From a virus (taxonomy: Duplodnaviria; Caudoviricetes), in the IMG/VR virus record IMGVR_UViG_3300048032_000821, positions 1 through 52,950 of that record: a DNA stretch of 52,950 nucleotides. The stretch is one strand, 5' to 3'. This document shows, piece by piece, positions 28,549-37,669 of this stretch (positions are counted from its first letter, which is position 1; each line of letters starts with the position of its first letter). The notes under the pieces are model-generated. The model saw nothing but the letters and a program-made list of their open reading frames with translations, made no database searches and had not been told where the DNA came from. A program made the translations under genes and the position numbers.

Positions 28549-29160
28549 ATGCGCTACGGAGATTCTATTGATACCATCCCTCATGTAGGCCAGGAGCCGG
28601 AAGGCGGAGGCGGAGGCGGAGGAGGGACGCAAGGACCTCCAGGCCCAGCGGGGCCTGTTGGACCTCAGGGGCCGCAAGGACCTGCGGGAGCAGCCGGAGC
28701 AGCCGGAGCGCAAGGACCTGCCGGAGCCGACGGAGCAGCCGGAGCGCAAGGACCTGCCGGAGCCGACGGAGCAGCCGGGGTAAACGGTTCCGAGGGTAAA
28801 TCCGCATTTCAGATAGCCGTAGATAATGGATTTAGTGGAACCGAAGCTCAATGGCTCGCATCTTTAAAAGCATCCTCGGAAGTAATCGATAGCAATCACC
28901 AGCATAACCTTGCAGATCTATCCGTAGGCGACAGTTTTTATGTCTCGGATACTGGTACACATAAAATATGGCAGGGTACCGGATTTATTGAATTTGGAAA
29001 AGCGTTGGAACCGCTCGCGGTTGATTCTATCGAGACGGATAGTTCCTTTGCGGATGAGGCATCTTCAGGATCTGCCGGAGCTTTTAAATATTCCGCGGTC
29101 AACGGTGATCATCTTTATATTCATGACGGAACCGAGTGGCACCATATTAACGGCGCATAA
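28549..29160 (+). CDS. Collagen-like fibre protein
   Basis: Gly-X-Y run including a 36-bp tandem duplication (28696/28732); GKSAFQIAVDNGFSGTEAQWLASL. Confidence 0.85.
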   Translation: MRYGDSIDTIPHVGQEPEGGGGGGGGTQGPPGPAGPVGPQGPQGPAGAAGAAGAQGPAGADGAAGAQGPAGADGAAGVNGSEGKSAFQIAVDNGFSGTEAQWLASLKASSEVIDSNHQHNLADLSVGDSFYVSDTGTHKIWQGTGFIEFGKALEPLAVDSIETDSSFADEASSGSAGAFKYSAVNGDHLYIHDGTEWHHINGA

Positions 29161-29423
29161 TGGGGGATATTAAAGTACACAACAGTGCCGGGGTTAATGA
29201 TAATCCCCAAACGGTTACAAGTGTAAATAATACAGTAGGCCGCGTAATTGATCTATTCATGACCAAGCAGGAGATGGAGGAATTGAATAATCAGGTAGCA
29301 GCCAACTCACAAAATGTTACCGAAATGGTCAAAGACGCACCCGTCAGTTTAAACTCTTTCAAGGAAGTCTCTGATAATCTGGATGTTGACTCATTTCTCG
29401 CTGCATTGGAGGGCGAAGAATAA
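29160..29423 (+). CDS. Small fibre-associated protein
   Basis: MVKDAPVSLNSFKEVSD resembles the APxxLDTLxE fibre motif. Confidence 0.6.
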   Translation: MGDIKVHNSAGVNDNPQTVTSVNNTVGRVIDLFMTKQEMEELNNQVAANSQNVTEMVKDAPVSLNSFKEVSDNLDVDSFLAALEGEE

Positions 29424-29432
29424 AAAATCATC

Positions 29433-29468
29433 CAACCGATTGAGAAAGTCCGAGATATCCCTGAATAT
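29433..29468 (+). promoter_or_regulatory. Late-type promoter
   Basis: CAACCGA-TTGAGA-N17-GAATAT. Confidence 0.7.
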
Positions 29469-29494
29469 TCGTTAAACCTTAATCACTCATCTCT

Positions 29495-30010
29495 ATGGCT
29501 AATATTTTATCATCTTTAGGATCAGCAGTAGCAACAAAACTCGGGGAAAAATTATCGCTTGAAGGCGGTACTATGACAGGAGCCTTAGTTGTTCAAGATC
29601 CATCAGCATCTAATCACGCAGCAAATTTAGGCCAGGTTGAAACCCTGGAATCTAAAATCGGAAGTTATGCCAGTTATGTGGCAACCTTTGCTGATGTAAC
29701 AGTTACCATTGATAATACACAGGCAAACATTTTAGCAAACACAAGCAGCGCTCTCGGAGCAATCGGAGTAGCTAGCGATACCAGCAATATTTATGTATGG
29801 AACGGATCTTCCTGGGCAGCATCAAGCATTGATGATGTTCGTGATGATTTTCTAACCATCACCGCAACCATTAATTTATCCGGCGATACAGAATCAAATA
29901 TCGTGGCGACCGAAAGCCCATCCGCCGGAGATATCATGTACGGAACGGATACCGATGATCTTTATGTCTACTCCGGATCCGACTGGCATATTTATAACAA
30001 CGATTCCTAA
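29495..30010 (+). CDS. Fibre/adaptor protein with two G..TDT..YVxxGxxW modules
   Basis: GGTMTGAL fibre motif; ASDTSNIYVWNGSSW and GTDTDDLYVYSGSDW. Confidence 0.7.
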   Translation: MANILSSLGSAVATKLGEKLSLEGGTMTGALVVQDPSASNHAANLGQVETLESKIGSYASYVATFADVTVTIDNTQANILANTSSALGAIGVASDTSNIYVWNGSSWAASSIDDVRDDFLTITATINLSGDTESNIVATESPSAGDIMYGTDTDDLYVYSGSDWHIYNNDS

Positions 30011-30016
30011 TTAGTT

Positions 30017-30934
30017 ATGACCGATATTAACACATATACCGCGGCAGAAATTGCCAATTTAACGCCTCAATCCGGGGATCTCGTTTTAAATACCGACGAT
30101 AATGCCGTCCAATTATGGAACGGATCAGCATGGAAGATTTTCAATTCCGATGTTTCACCATTTCCTCAAGACTACAGCGTATCCCTAGACGGAACTGATG
30201 ATCATGTCCTTTATAATTCAACATCAGGGAATCAAACAGCACTTGGTTCGTTCACAGGGGATATGTCATTCTGCTTTTGGGTAAAACTTTCTTCAGGTTC
30301 AGACATTATGTCAACGCACAGCACTTACAACTCTTCAGGTGCTTCAGGCACTCTTGATGCCGTAAGAACAGGAACAGGAAGAATTCAAATCTTCTCCTAT
30401 AGTAACGGAATTTCTGCATATACTTCACCTAACTACCTAGAATCCTCTAAATCTGCGGATCAAGTACCACCAGGCAGAGGTTTAAGCCTTAACCAATGGA
30501 CTTTTATCGCAGTCACAGTAGACACCACAGCCCAAGAGCACAAACTGTACACTGCTACTGAATCGGATTCACCAAGTCTTGAGGCTACTCATTCCAGTGC
30601 ATCGCACGCGCTCACTGACTTCGCTAACGGGTTTAAATTAGGAGAAGCTCGCGGGACGGCAGGTGGAGGTTTATTCGATGAGTTTGCTATCTTTGATGGC
30701 AAAGCATTGAGTGCAAATGAAGTAGCAAAAATTTGGAATAACGGTGAAGCTTTCGACTACGACACAGACGGTAGCTTGAATCCTGTTGGATGGTATCGAA
30801 TGGGAGACAACGATTTAGGAGCAGGTACTTCAGTAACTAATGCAGGCAGTGCAGGATCAGGTAGTGCTTTTGATGCGGAACTGACTAACGACGCAAGCTT
30901 TGTGTCAGGATCAGGTAACACACCCGGAAATTAA
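30017..30934 (+). CDS. LamG/concanavalin A-like receptor-binding protein 1
   Basis: SLDGTDD, FCFWVK, WTFIAVT, DEFAIF..ALSANEV..WNNG and WYRMGD. Confidence 0.8.
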   Translation: MTDINTYTAAEIANLTPQSGDLVLNTDDNAVQLWNGSAWKIFNSDVSPFPQDYSVSLDGTDDHVLYNSTSGNQTALGSFTGDMSFCFWVKLSSGSDIMSTHSTYNSSGASGTLDAVRTGTGRIQIFSYSNGISAYTSPNYLESSKSADQVPPGRGLSLNQWTFIAVTVDTTAQEHKLYTATESDSPSLEATHSSASHALTDFANGFKLGEARGTAGGGLFDEFAIFDGKALSANEVAKIWNNGEAFDYDTDGSLNPVGWYRMGDNDLGAGTSVTNAGSAGSGSAFDAELTNDASFVSGSGNTPGN

Positions 30935-30939
30935 TAACT

Positions 30940-31170
30940 ATGAGAAACTATATAATCATTGATTCTTCGGAAGTAAGTTCCGTTGATTTTGACCAAGTCC
31001 TAGAAACCTCGGCAGATACCTTGCGATACAACCTTGCGGGTACTAAGACCTTCGTAAAGTTCAAGGGATCAGCCCCAGCATTTCTTGCGGGAAAGCAATC
31101 TTATGATCACGCAGAGATTTTAGAAATTTTATCCGGATCCGAATGGACCGCACCAATGGAGGAATTATAA
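30940..31170 (+). CDS. Small partner protein of LamG gene 1
   Basis: VDFDQVLETSADTLRY..FVKF motif; immediately follows the LamG gene. Confidence 0.7.
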   Translation: MRNYIIIDSSEVSSVDFDQVLETSADTLRYNLAGTKTFVKFKGSAPAFLAGKQSYDHAEILEILSGSEWTAPMEEL

Positions 31171-31174
31171 TATC

Positions 31175-32059
31175 ATGGCAACAGTAGATGTAATAGCAAA
31201 CAGAAGCACAGCCTCCGAAATACTCGGCAAGGCCTACTTCGAAACAGACACGAATTCCTTTATCGTATATAATGGTATCGGCTGGGTCGAGCTCCAGAGC
31301 GACGGCACAGGATCGGCAGCACCTTACAGTGAGTACAGCCTGAGCTTTGACGGCAGTAACGATTTTCTCAAAACAACGAGTAGCCCAGAAGCCTTATTCT
31401 CAAGCGACTACACTGTTTCTATCTGGTATAAAAGGAATGAAACTGTTGCAGGCGGAAAATGGATTTTTGGTTCGGACTACCGAGGAAATGGTAAGAATAT
31501 TATTAAACTATACGAGCTGAATGGTTATTTAACCTATAATGCTCAAGCCCAAAGTGCGTCTGCAACGGTCAGTTTCGCACATGCTGCTGATACTGATTGG
31601 CACCACTATGCTATTTCAGCAACCCAAAGCGGAAATAGTGTTATATATAAAGCATATCTCGATGGTGTCTATAAAAATACCGCAACAGCGACTCAAACAC
31701 TATCAAACTATGACAACCCATACTCTATAGGTATAGGTGCGGGTTATAGTGGAAATGCTTTTTCCCATGCAAGTGTCAATGTGGACGATTTTGCGATTTT
31801 CGAATCAGCATTATCTGATGGAGGAGTTTCTACCGGACAGACAGCACAAGGAAATATTGCCGCTCTATACAACGGCGGAGTACCGGCCGTTTTACCGGTT
31901 AGTGCTGGGCTCCATTATCGCATGGGAGATGACTCCAACGATTCACCCGTAGATGGTGAAAATGTAACCGGAATCCAAGATTCCTCCGGTAATGGAAATC
32001 ACGCTACTCAATCCACGGCGACTAATCAGCCTACTTTTTCAACTGAGGTACCTGCATAA
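31175..32059 (+). CDS. LamG/concanavalin A-like receptor-binding protein 2
   Basis: SFDGSND, TVSIWYK, WHHYAI, YLDG, DDFAIF, HYRMGD and DSSGNGNHA. Confidence 0.8.
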   Translation: MATVDVIANRSTASEILGKAYFETDTNSFIVYNGIGWVELQSDGTGSAAPYSEYSLSFDGSNDFLKTTSSPEALFSSDYTVSIWYKRNETVAGGKWIFGSDYRGNGKNIIKLYELNGYLTYNAQAQSASATVSFAHAADTDWHHYAISATQSGNSVIYKAYLDGVYKNTATATQTLSNYDNPYSIGIGAGYSGNAFSHASVNVDDFAIFESALSDGGVSTGQTAQGNIAALYNGGVPAVLPVSAGLHYRMGDDSNDSPVDGENVTGIQDSSGNGNHATQSTATNQPTFSTEVPA

Positions 32060-32064
32060 TTATC

Positions 32065-32337
32065 ATGGCTAATACAAAATACAAATTACTCGATACTCCC
32101 GCTCAAGTTGAAGCCGCAGAAGCTGATATGAAAGCTAAGCTCGGTATACCCGATTCTAAAGGAACCGTGAAGTACGCTGAGCAAGTCATGGTTGATAATC
32201 CTGAACATTCTGAATACGGAAGATTTATCTTCCCTGTAATGCTAGAAGGTTCTTGGAAATCTGTTCAACATTTTGATGCTTCCGAGCTTGTAGATTTCGA
32301 CCCAGACTGGGCGAAACCTATAGAAGAGTCCGAATAA
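32065..32337 (+). CDS. Small partner protein of LamG gene 2
   Basis: 90-aa ORF directly after the LamG gene. Confidence 0.65.
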   Translation: MANTKYKLLDTPAQVEAAEADMKAKLGIPDSKGTVKYAEQVMVDNPEHSEYGRFIFPVMLEGSWKSVQHFDASELVDFDPDWAKPIEESE

Positions 32338-32338
32338 C

Positions 32339-32662
32339 ATGATCCTGAGGATCGAGGCCACACTCTGTGAGCCTCCGTCCTCAATCACAGCCTTTCGGGA
32401 TGCAACGCTTTACGCGACAGTATTCCGACAACTCGATGTTTTGCTTGAATGCGAAGAGGGTACACGATCCTCATATTGGAGTTGGTTAAAAAGCAATGGT
32501 GCTCATGATTTTGTGCGTGATCTTATATATCCTTATGAAGAGGAAGGAACCCCAAGAATGGGGACAAAGAATGCAAATATCCGGGTCGATCGATTAGACG
32601 CCCGGTCTCTCCCTTTTGCAGTATCCGCAATGCGTTCTCTTACGCAGGGCTGGTATTTATAA
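32339..32662 (+). CDS. Hypothetical protein
   Basis: 107-aa ORF, tightly spaced; converges with and overlaps the minus-strand gene. Confidence 0.6.
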   Translation: MILRIEATLCEPPSSITAFRDATLYATVFRQLDVLLECEEGTRSSYWSWLKSNGAHDFVRDLIYPYEEEGTPRMGTKNANIRVDRLDARSLPFAVSAMRSLTQGWYL

Positions 32663-32834
32663 CATACCAACCGGCCCCGGTATATATGTAGAGCTTATGG
32701 GTATCTGTCCCCAATGCGAGAGATCCTAATGGATCGGAATTTCTCGCTTTTATGATGCCCTCGGATGCGACTATTTTAACAACGCCTTTGCTGGAATTGA
32801 CTGAGCTTCCAATAAGACTGGCGAGATCGCTCAT
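32640..32834 (-). CDS. Small protein consisting of one fibre module
   Basis: MSDLASLIGSSV.. and GSLALGTDTHKLYIYTGAGW are paralogous to 29495..30010. Confidence 0.7.
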   Translation of the reverse strand: MSDLASLIGSSVNSSKGVVKIVASEGIIKARNSDPLGSLALGTDTHKLYIYTGAGWYVINTSPA

Positions 32835-33013
32835 TCGAAAGATACCCCCAGGCTTTGCTCAACATCTGTTGCCAAATACCGGATCACACGAGCATTAATA
32901 TTTTTCCTTTCCCATCCGTATTGTTTTGCCCATCTACGAACAGTGCCAGCGGAAACATCCATGCGTTCACGGATCTTTCTTGGTGAAAGGTAGCGAATTT
33001 CTTTTGCGACCAT
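32831..33013 (-). CDS. MerR/excisionase-like HTH DNA-binding protein
   Basis: YLSPRKIRERMDVSAGTVRRWAKQ..VIRY is a winged-HTH pattern. Confidence 0.75.
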   Translation of the reverse strand: MVAKEIRYLSPRKIRERMDVSAGTVRRWAKQYGWERKNINARVIRYLATDVEQSLGVSFE

Positions 33014-33019
33014 AAACGA

Positions 33020-33091
33020 TTAGTAATACTCATTTCCGGTTCTCGCGACCGGTTGCAACCGATTGAGAATACGGGCTATTTGGCCGAATAT
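33020..33091. promoter_or_regulatory. Back-to-back pair of late-type promoters
   Basis: Plus: CAACCGA(33056)-TTGAGA-N17-GAATAT. Minus: CAACCGG(33055)-TCGCGA-N17-TACTAA-N6-ATG(33013). The two meet in the palindrome GGTTGCAACC. Confidence 0.65.
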
Positions 33092-33161
33092 TAGATCACT
33101 CAGGGATGAGCAACTTCATCTCTTTTAACCCAGATTAATCTAACCCATATCTAAATAAGTT

Positions 33162-34169
33162 ATGTCAAATATTCTCTCACAAATCGGTAGTGCAGTTAAA
33201 GGTAAAATCGACGGCGTAAATACAGCGATATCCGCTGAAGAAGCCGCTCGTATCGCAGCTGACAATACCCTCACCACCAATCTTGCATCAGAAGCGAGCA
33301 CCGCTCGTGCAGCTGAAGCAGCTAACGCAAGCGCAATCAGCGACGAGGAAACTCGTGCAACCGCAGCTGAAGGTGTTTTAACTACTAATCTTGCATCTGA
33401 GGAAACCGCTCGTATCGCCGCAGTTTCTTCTGAAGCATCTGCTCGTTCTTCCGCTGATACCGCTCTTCAGGATAACATCGATGACGAAGAGACTGCTCGT
33501 ATCGCAGCTGACTCAACTCTTACCACTAACTTAACAGCCGAAGAAACCGCCCGTATCGCTGCAGTTTCTTCTGAAGCAAGCACCCGTGCATCTGCTGACT
33601 CCGCTCTTCAAGGTGAAATCGACGCTGAAGAAACCCGCGCACAAGCTGCTGAAAGTGTTCTTACAACTAACCTCGCAGCTGAAGAAACCGCTCGGATCGC
33701 AGCAGTTGCCGCTGAAGCTTCTACTCGTGCAGCAGCAGTAACTAACCTTGACAACACCAAGGCTAACCTTGCAGGCGCGGCTTTCACCGGTGCTGTTTCC
33801 GGAACCGATCTTACCCTTAGCGGAAATCTTACCGTTACTGGTACAACCACCAGCTTGGAAACCGTTAACTCTCAGGTTAAAGACTCCTTGATGCTTCTCA
33901 ATGACGGAGCAGCCGACAGCGCAAACAATGCTAATGACCTTGGTCTTATCATGGAGCGTGGATCTTCTGACGACGGAAATGTTGCAATCGTTTATGACGA
34001 AGGAATCGACAAGTTTGCATTGTACAAAACCAGTGCAGCAGCGACCGTGACCGACATCACCTCTGCCGACTCAAGTGCTGAGCTTATGGACATCAAAGTA
34101 AATGATGTTTTCGTAGGATCTGACAATCTTGGATCGCTTGCAGAATTCACCACAGCATTGAACGCATAA
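33162..34169 (+). CDS. Coiled-coil fibre protein with EETARIAA repeats
   Basis: Repeated (A/S/D)EETARIAA..LTTNL units, then LSGNLTVTGTTT and GLIMERG beta region; capsid-like codon use. Confidence 0.8.
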   Translation: MSNILSQIGSAVKGKIDGVNTAISAEEAARIAADNTLTTNLASEASTARAAEAANASAISDEETRATAAEGVLTTNLASEETARIAAVSSEASARSSADTALQDNIDDEETARIAADSTLTTNLTAEETARIAAVSSEASTRASADSALQGEIDAEETRAQAAESVLTTNLAAEETARIAAVAAEASTRAAAVTNLDNTKANLAGAAFTGAVSGTDLTLSGNLTVTGTTTSLETVNSQVKDSLMLLNDGAADSANNANDLGLIMERGSSDDGNVAIVYDEGIDKFALYKTSAAATVTDITSADSSAELMDIKVNDVFVGSDNLGSLAEFTTALNA

Positions 34170-34197
34170 GCGTAACAATCGCCTATTGAATCTCCTA

Positions 34198-34235
34198 AGG
34201 GGCCGGAGGCTAAAACCTCTGGCCCCTTTTTTTTT
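34198..34235 (+). terminator. Rho-independent terminator
   Basis: AGGGGCCGGAGG-ctaaaa-CCTCTGGCCCCT plus T run. Confidence 0.9.
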
Positions 34236-34237
34236 CC

Positions 34238-34657
34238 ATGCGCGTAGTTCTAATTTACATATTTCTGGTCATTATCCTGGCATTGCTGGGGGGCTGTAGT
34301 ATGAAATCGCTGTACCCGGTTGCGGGAGCCACGGTAGGAGGGGGCACTGGCGCCCTGATTGGCGGACCGGCCGGAGGCGCTTTGGGAGCATTCGCTGGAG
34401 CGGCTAGTGGAGAAGTATTAAAGTCAGAAGCTGAAGTAAAAGCTGCGATCAAAACTGCTGAAGCAATAAGCAAAGGAGATGTTGAAGAGCTCGTAAAAAT
34501 TAAGATGGATGAGCACAAGGGGTGGTTCGAGAAAGCGGTAGATGGTATATATGACATACTGATGATTTCCGCATTAGCCACAGGACTCTATTTCATATTC
34601 CATTTCTGGTATGGAAGACATTTTGTAAAAAAATTATCTAAACAAGAAACCTCATGA
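34238..34657 (+). CDS. Lipoprotein with glycine zipper and C-terminal TM helix (u-spanin-like architecture)
   Basis: Lipobox LGGC, GxxxG zipper, TM ILMISALATGLYFIFHFWY and a basic tail. Confidence 0.65.
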   Translation: MRVVLIYIFLVIILALLGGCSMKSLYPVAGATVGGGTGALIGGPAGGALGAFAGAASGEVLKSEAEVKAAIKTAEAISKGDVEELVKIKMDEHKGWFEKAVDGIYDILMISALATGLYFIFHFWYGRHFVKKLSKQETS

Positions 34658-34806
34658 ATGACACGCCTATGATTATTGGTTGGAGCGGAACCTTGGCCAC
34701 AGTATCCCTTGGTCAATGGAATGAAATCATCGCGGTAGTATGCGGAGTAGTAACGACTGTATACATGGCCACAAAATTAATCCAAACACTCAGAAAGAAA
34801 GACTAG
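34654..34806 (+). CDS. Holin-like small membrane protein (50 aa, not in the ORF track)
   Basis: MNDTPMIIGWSGTLATVSLGQWNEIIAVVCGVVTTVYMATKLIQTLRKKD: hydrophobic segments, basic C-terminus, ATGA overlap. Confidence 0.65.
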   Translation: MNDTPMIIGWSGTLATVSLGQWNEIIAVVCGVVTTVYMATKLIQTLRKKD

Positions 34807-34810
34807 AACG

Positions 34811-34942
34811 ATGGCAGAATTTAAACCATGCGAAGGTTGTCCTGATAAGAAAAAAGCCCTGTGCACCAAGTTCAAAACTTGCTTGGGTGAGCAGAGTAAA
34901 AAAGGCGACAAGAAACCGGTTCGTAAGGGTACTTACGGATAA
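34811..34942 (+). CDS. Small 4-Cys basic protein (43 aa)
   Basis: MAEFKPCEGCPDKKKALCTKFKTCLGEQSKKGDKKPVRKGTYG fills the gap exactly. Confidence 0.6.
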   Translation: MAEFKPCEGCPDKKKALCTKFKTCLGEQSKKGDKKPVRKGTYG

Positions 34943-34948
34943 GTTCCG

Positions 34949-34984
34949 CAACCGGTTACTTTTTTGTAACCCGGTGTATATCTT
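34949..34984 (+). promoter_or_regulatory. Late-type promoter, likely leaderless
   Basis: CAACCGG-TTACTT-N17-TATCTT-N6-ATG(34991). Confidence 0.65.
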
Positions 34985-34990
34985 CGCAGT

Positions 34991-36046
34991 ATGGAAACAG
35001 CTACTGCGGAGGTTGACTCCCCGCAAACAGAATCAGAGTTTAGCATTGAGAGTGCGTCTACGGACGATCTTCGCAATGCTTTGGGTATAACGCCAGCGAC
35101 CGAAGAAATTCAGCCAGCGACCGAAGAAGTTCAGCCTGAGGACTCAGTCCCAGAGCCGGAAGCCGAAGGTCAAAGTCCGGAGCCGCAAGCCGAAGAGGCT
35201 CAAGCCGAGGAAACTGAAGCGGACGAGGAGGAGAAGCTTGGAAAGCGCAGGATTCGTCCTCGCAACGAATTGGATCAGCAAGTCATTGATTTGTACAGAT
35301 CTGAGGGATTCCAAGGATCTTTCGCCGATGCTTCGAGAATCATCTACGGTCAGGAAGCGCAACAACCCGCTCAGCAATCAATTACGCCCAATCAGGAGCA
35401 AGTCGAGGCGACCGAGCCCGACCCAATCAGTGGCATTGATAAACAGACTGACGACATCCGTGCATCCATCCTTGAGCTTGAAGGAAAAGTAGAAAAAGCA
35501 GCAGAAGAGCTTGAAACCACGGAAGCCCTACGGCTTCAGCGGGAGATTATGAAACAAGAGCTTCAGTTGCAGACTCTCACTCTCCGTAAAGAGCAAATGG
35601 TGCAGGAAAGAGAACAGGTGGTTTATCAAACCCATCGCAGCAAAGCGATGGAAAGCCGTGACCGAGTCTACGATCGTTTTCCCGATCTGAAGGATAAGAG
35701 CAGTGTTCTTAGAAAGCAGTTCGATGATTATGTATCTCAGGCTCAGTCCGACCCCGACTACGCCGCAGTCTTTGACTCACCCCGCTGGCCAGAACTTTTG
35801 GCCAATGAATTCGCATCTATGGCAGTGCCGGCTCAGCCCGAAACGGCTCCGGCCCCAGCTCCGGCTCCTCAGCCGCAGGCTCCTCAGATGGGAACTCAAG
35901 CGAAGGTATTGACGACTGGGACTACGGCACAACCTGTAAACACTCCGGTTACCGCAGACGGCTTGCTTCAACAACTTCCTCAAATGAGTAATGATGATCT
36001 TTACAAATTGCTGGGAAGTCCAGGAGGAGCGACACCCCTGAGGTAA
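34991..36046 (+). CDS. Capsid scaffolding protein
   Basis: Acidic disordered N-terminus, central coiled coil, directly upstream of the capsid gene. Confidence 0.75.
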   Translation: METATAEVDSPQTESEFSIESASTDDLRNALGITPATEEIQPATEEVQPEDSVPEPEAEGQSPEPQAEEAQAEETEADEEEKLGKRRIRPRNELDQQVIDLYRSEGFQGSFADASRIIYGQEAQQPAQQSITPNQEQVEATEPDPISGIDKQTDDIRASILELEGKVEKAAEELETTEALRLQREIMKQELQLQTLTLRKEQMVQEREQVVYQTHRSKAMESRDRVYDRFPDLKDKSSVLRKQFDDYVSQAQSDPDYAAVFDSPRWPELLANEFASMAVPAQPETAPAPAPAPQPQAPQMGTQAKVLTTGTTAQPVNTPVTADGLLQQLPQMSNDDLYKLLGSPGGATPLR

Positions 36047-36083
36047 TTGGAGATCAACTATCATCTCATAATTACAAAATACA

Positions 36084-37589
36084 ATGGCTATTAAAAATAT
36101 ACCCGGATCAGTTGGCGCTGGTCCTTTAGCAAACGCACAAGCCGCCGGAATAGACGGCGCGAATGTCGATCTAAAATCTAACACAACCTCATACTCTAAC
36201 CTCTTAGAAGGTCAGGAAAACTCCGATTTGCGTTCAAGACTTTGGTCTGAGCTCGTATCCCGTGACGCTAGAGAAAAGAACATCTTTTCAAAGTTCATCG
36301 GTGGCGAAGGAAGCGGAGCTCCAATAACTGAAAAACGCGACTTATCCGCAGGCGGAAGCGACAAAGTGACTTTCACTACTGTTGCTCCTATCCGTGGACA
36401 AGGCGTTCGTGGGGAAGAAATCCTCAAGAATGCGACTGATACCCTCGACTTCGGAACTTTCTCCGTTGAGGTTGATCTCGTTCGTCATGCAGTATCCTGG
36501 ACTCAAGTTCTTAAGCTCATGAGATTTACCGGCAAAACCATCGATCAGCTTTCTGCTGAGGTTATGTCCGAGTGGATGTCACGCACCGAGCAGGACCAAA
36601 TCCAATACGCACTTCGTCAAATCTGCTTGAAACACGCTACCGGATCCAACTTCATTTCTGGATACGGAACTGGTGCTAGCGGAGCTCTTAAATATGTTGA
36701 CGGATTAAGTACCGACATCATCCAAGAAGCTAAACAAGCTCTTATCGCTAACGGTGCTGAGCCTATGCAAACCGGCGGTGACGCTAACCAAGAAATTCCT
36801 GGTTACTTGTTCTTCGCTCCTGACGCATGCTTACGCCCATTGCGTTCTGACCCCGATTATCTCGAAGCTATCACATCTGCTGATGTTCGCAGTGCAGACA
36901 ACAAACTGTACAGCGGTTCCTACGCAAAATGGGACAACAACATCATCGCTAACCACAATGTAATCATTGACACCGCTCGTGGCCGTCAAGGTTCTCCTCT
37001 TCTTCCTACCTTCTATGCATATGAAGAAATCAATAATGCACAGTCTGGTATCGGTGGAACTGACGGAGACTACGCAGCTAACTTCCGTGGCGCACAAGTT
37101 CGCATCCCTGGTGGAGGCGGAGTAGCAATGGGAGCAAATGACAATGGAACATACTTCGTCCTTGGTATCGATACCAACGGAACTGTTGCATTGTACAGCT
37201 ACGACCAAAGCGACATCTCAGCATCTCTTGGAACAGTCACCCTTAGCCGTGTATCTGGCGACGGAGGATTAACCGGAAATGTTAAAACCGGAAACGCTTT
37301 CAGCGCTGGTGCAATGTTCGTACAAGCTAACGCAATCGGAACCCCAATCGGTTACGCTCTTGCGATGGGTAAAGACGCTATGTACATGGCAAAAGGCAAG
37401 ATCTACGGCGAGCAAATCTTCCACTATGACGACTTCGCAAACAGCGGCAACGAAGCTCACTTGAGCGCTGTCGGTGTTCAGTCTGTCTATGGTATGGCTG
37501 CCCGTCATGACACCCGCGGACGGATTCCTTCCGTACAACTCGTTGAAGTTGTTCGTCAGGTTCCTGGGTTGTCCTTGACCCAAGCGTAA
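36084..37589 (+). CDS. Major capsid protein (N4-gp56/DUF4043-like)
   Basis: PITEKRDLSAGGSDKVTF..GQGVRGEEIL..VDLVRHAV; strong codon bias; followed by a terminator. Confidence 0.9.
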   Translation: MAIKNIPGSVGAGPLANAQAAGIDGANVDLKSNTTSYSNLLEGQENSDLRSRLWSELVSRDAREKNIFSKFIGGEGSGAPITEKRDLSAGGSDKVTFTTVAPIRGQGVRGEEILKNATDTLDFGTFSVEVDLVRHAVSWTQVLKLMRFTGKTIDQLSAEVMSEWMSRTEQDQIQYALRQICLKHATGSNFISGYGTGASGALKYVDGLSTDIIQEAKQALIANGAEPMQTGGDANQEIPGYLFFAPDACLRPLRSDPDYLEAITSADVRSADNKLYSGSYAKWDNNIIANHNVIIDTARGRQGSPLLPTFYAYEEINNAQSGIGGTDGDYAANFRGAQVRIPGGGGVAMGANDNGTYFVLGIDTNGTVALYSYDQSDISASLGTVTLSRVSGDGGLTGNVKTGNAFSAGAMFVQANAIGTPIGYALAMGKDAMYMAKGKIYGEQIFHYDDFANSGNEAHLSAVGVQSVYGMAARHDTRGRIPSVQLVEVVRQVPGLSLTQA

Positions 37590-37627
37590 TGGAACGGATT
37601 TTTCCCTCCCCATAACCAATCAAACCG

Positions 37628-37662
37628 GCCTCTCCCTGACATTAGTTGGGGAGAGGCTTTTT
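37628..37662 (+). terminator. Rho-independent terminator
   Basis: GCCTCTCCC..GGGAGAGGC plus TTTTT. Confidence 0.75.
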
Positions 37663-37669
37663 ATATAAA

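Noticed and set aside
28632-28790. GC-rich tandem repeats as a possible CRISPR or VNTR element
   Set aside because: They are in-frame collagen Gly-X-Y codons with no spacers.
30017-32059. Diversity-generating retroelement acting on the LamG genes
   Set aside because: No reverse transcriptase and no near-identical template/variable repeat pair was seen in the window.
33230-33740. Recurrent GAAGAAACCGCTCGTATCGC-like repeats
   Set aside because: They encode EETARIAA coiled-coil repeats with synonymous variation, not a DNA-level array.
34740-35090. 116-aa ORF in the track
   Set aside because: It overlaps three better-supported genes (holin-like, 4-Cys protein, scaffold) and a promoter.
35090-35136. 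21-bp tandem duplication in the scaffold gene
   Set aside because: Ordinary slippage in a disordered linker (PATEEIQ/PATEEVQ).
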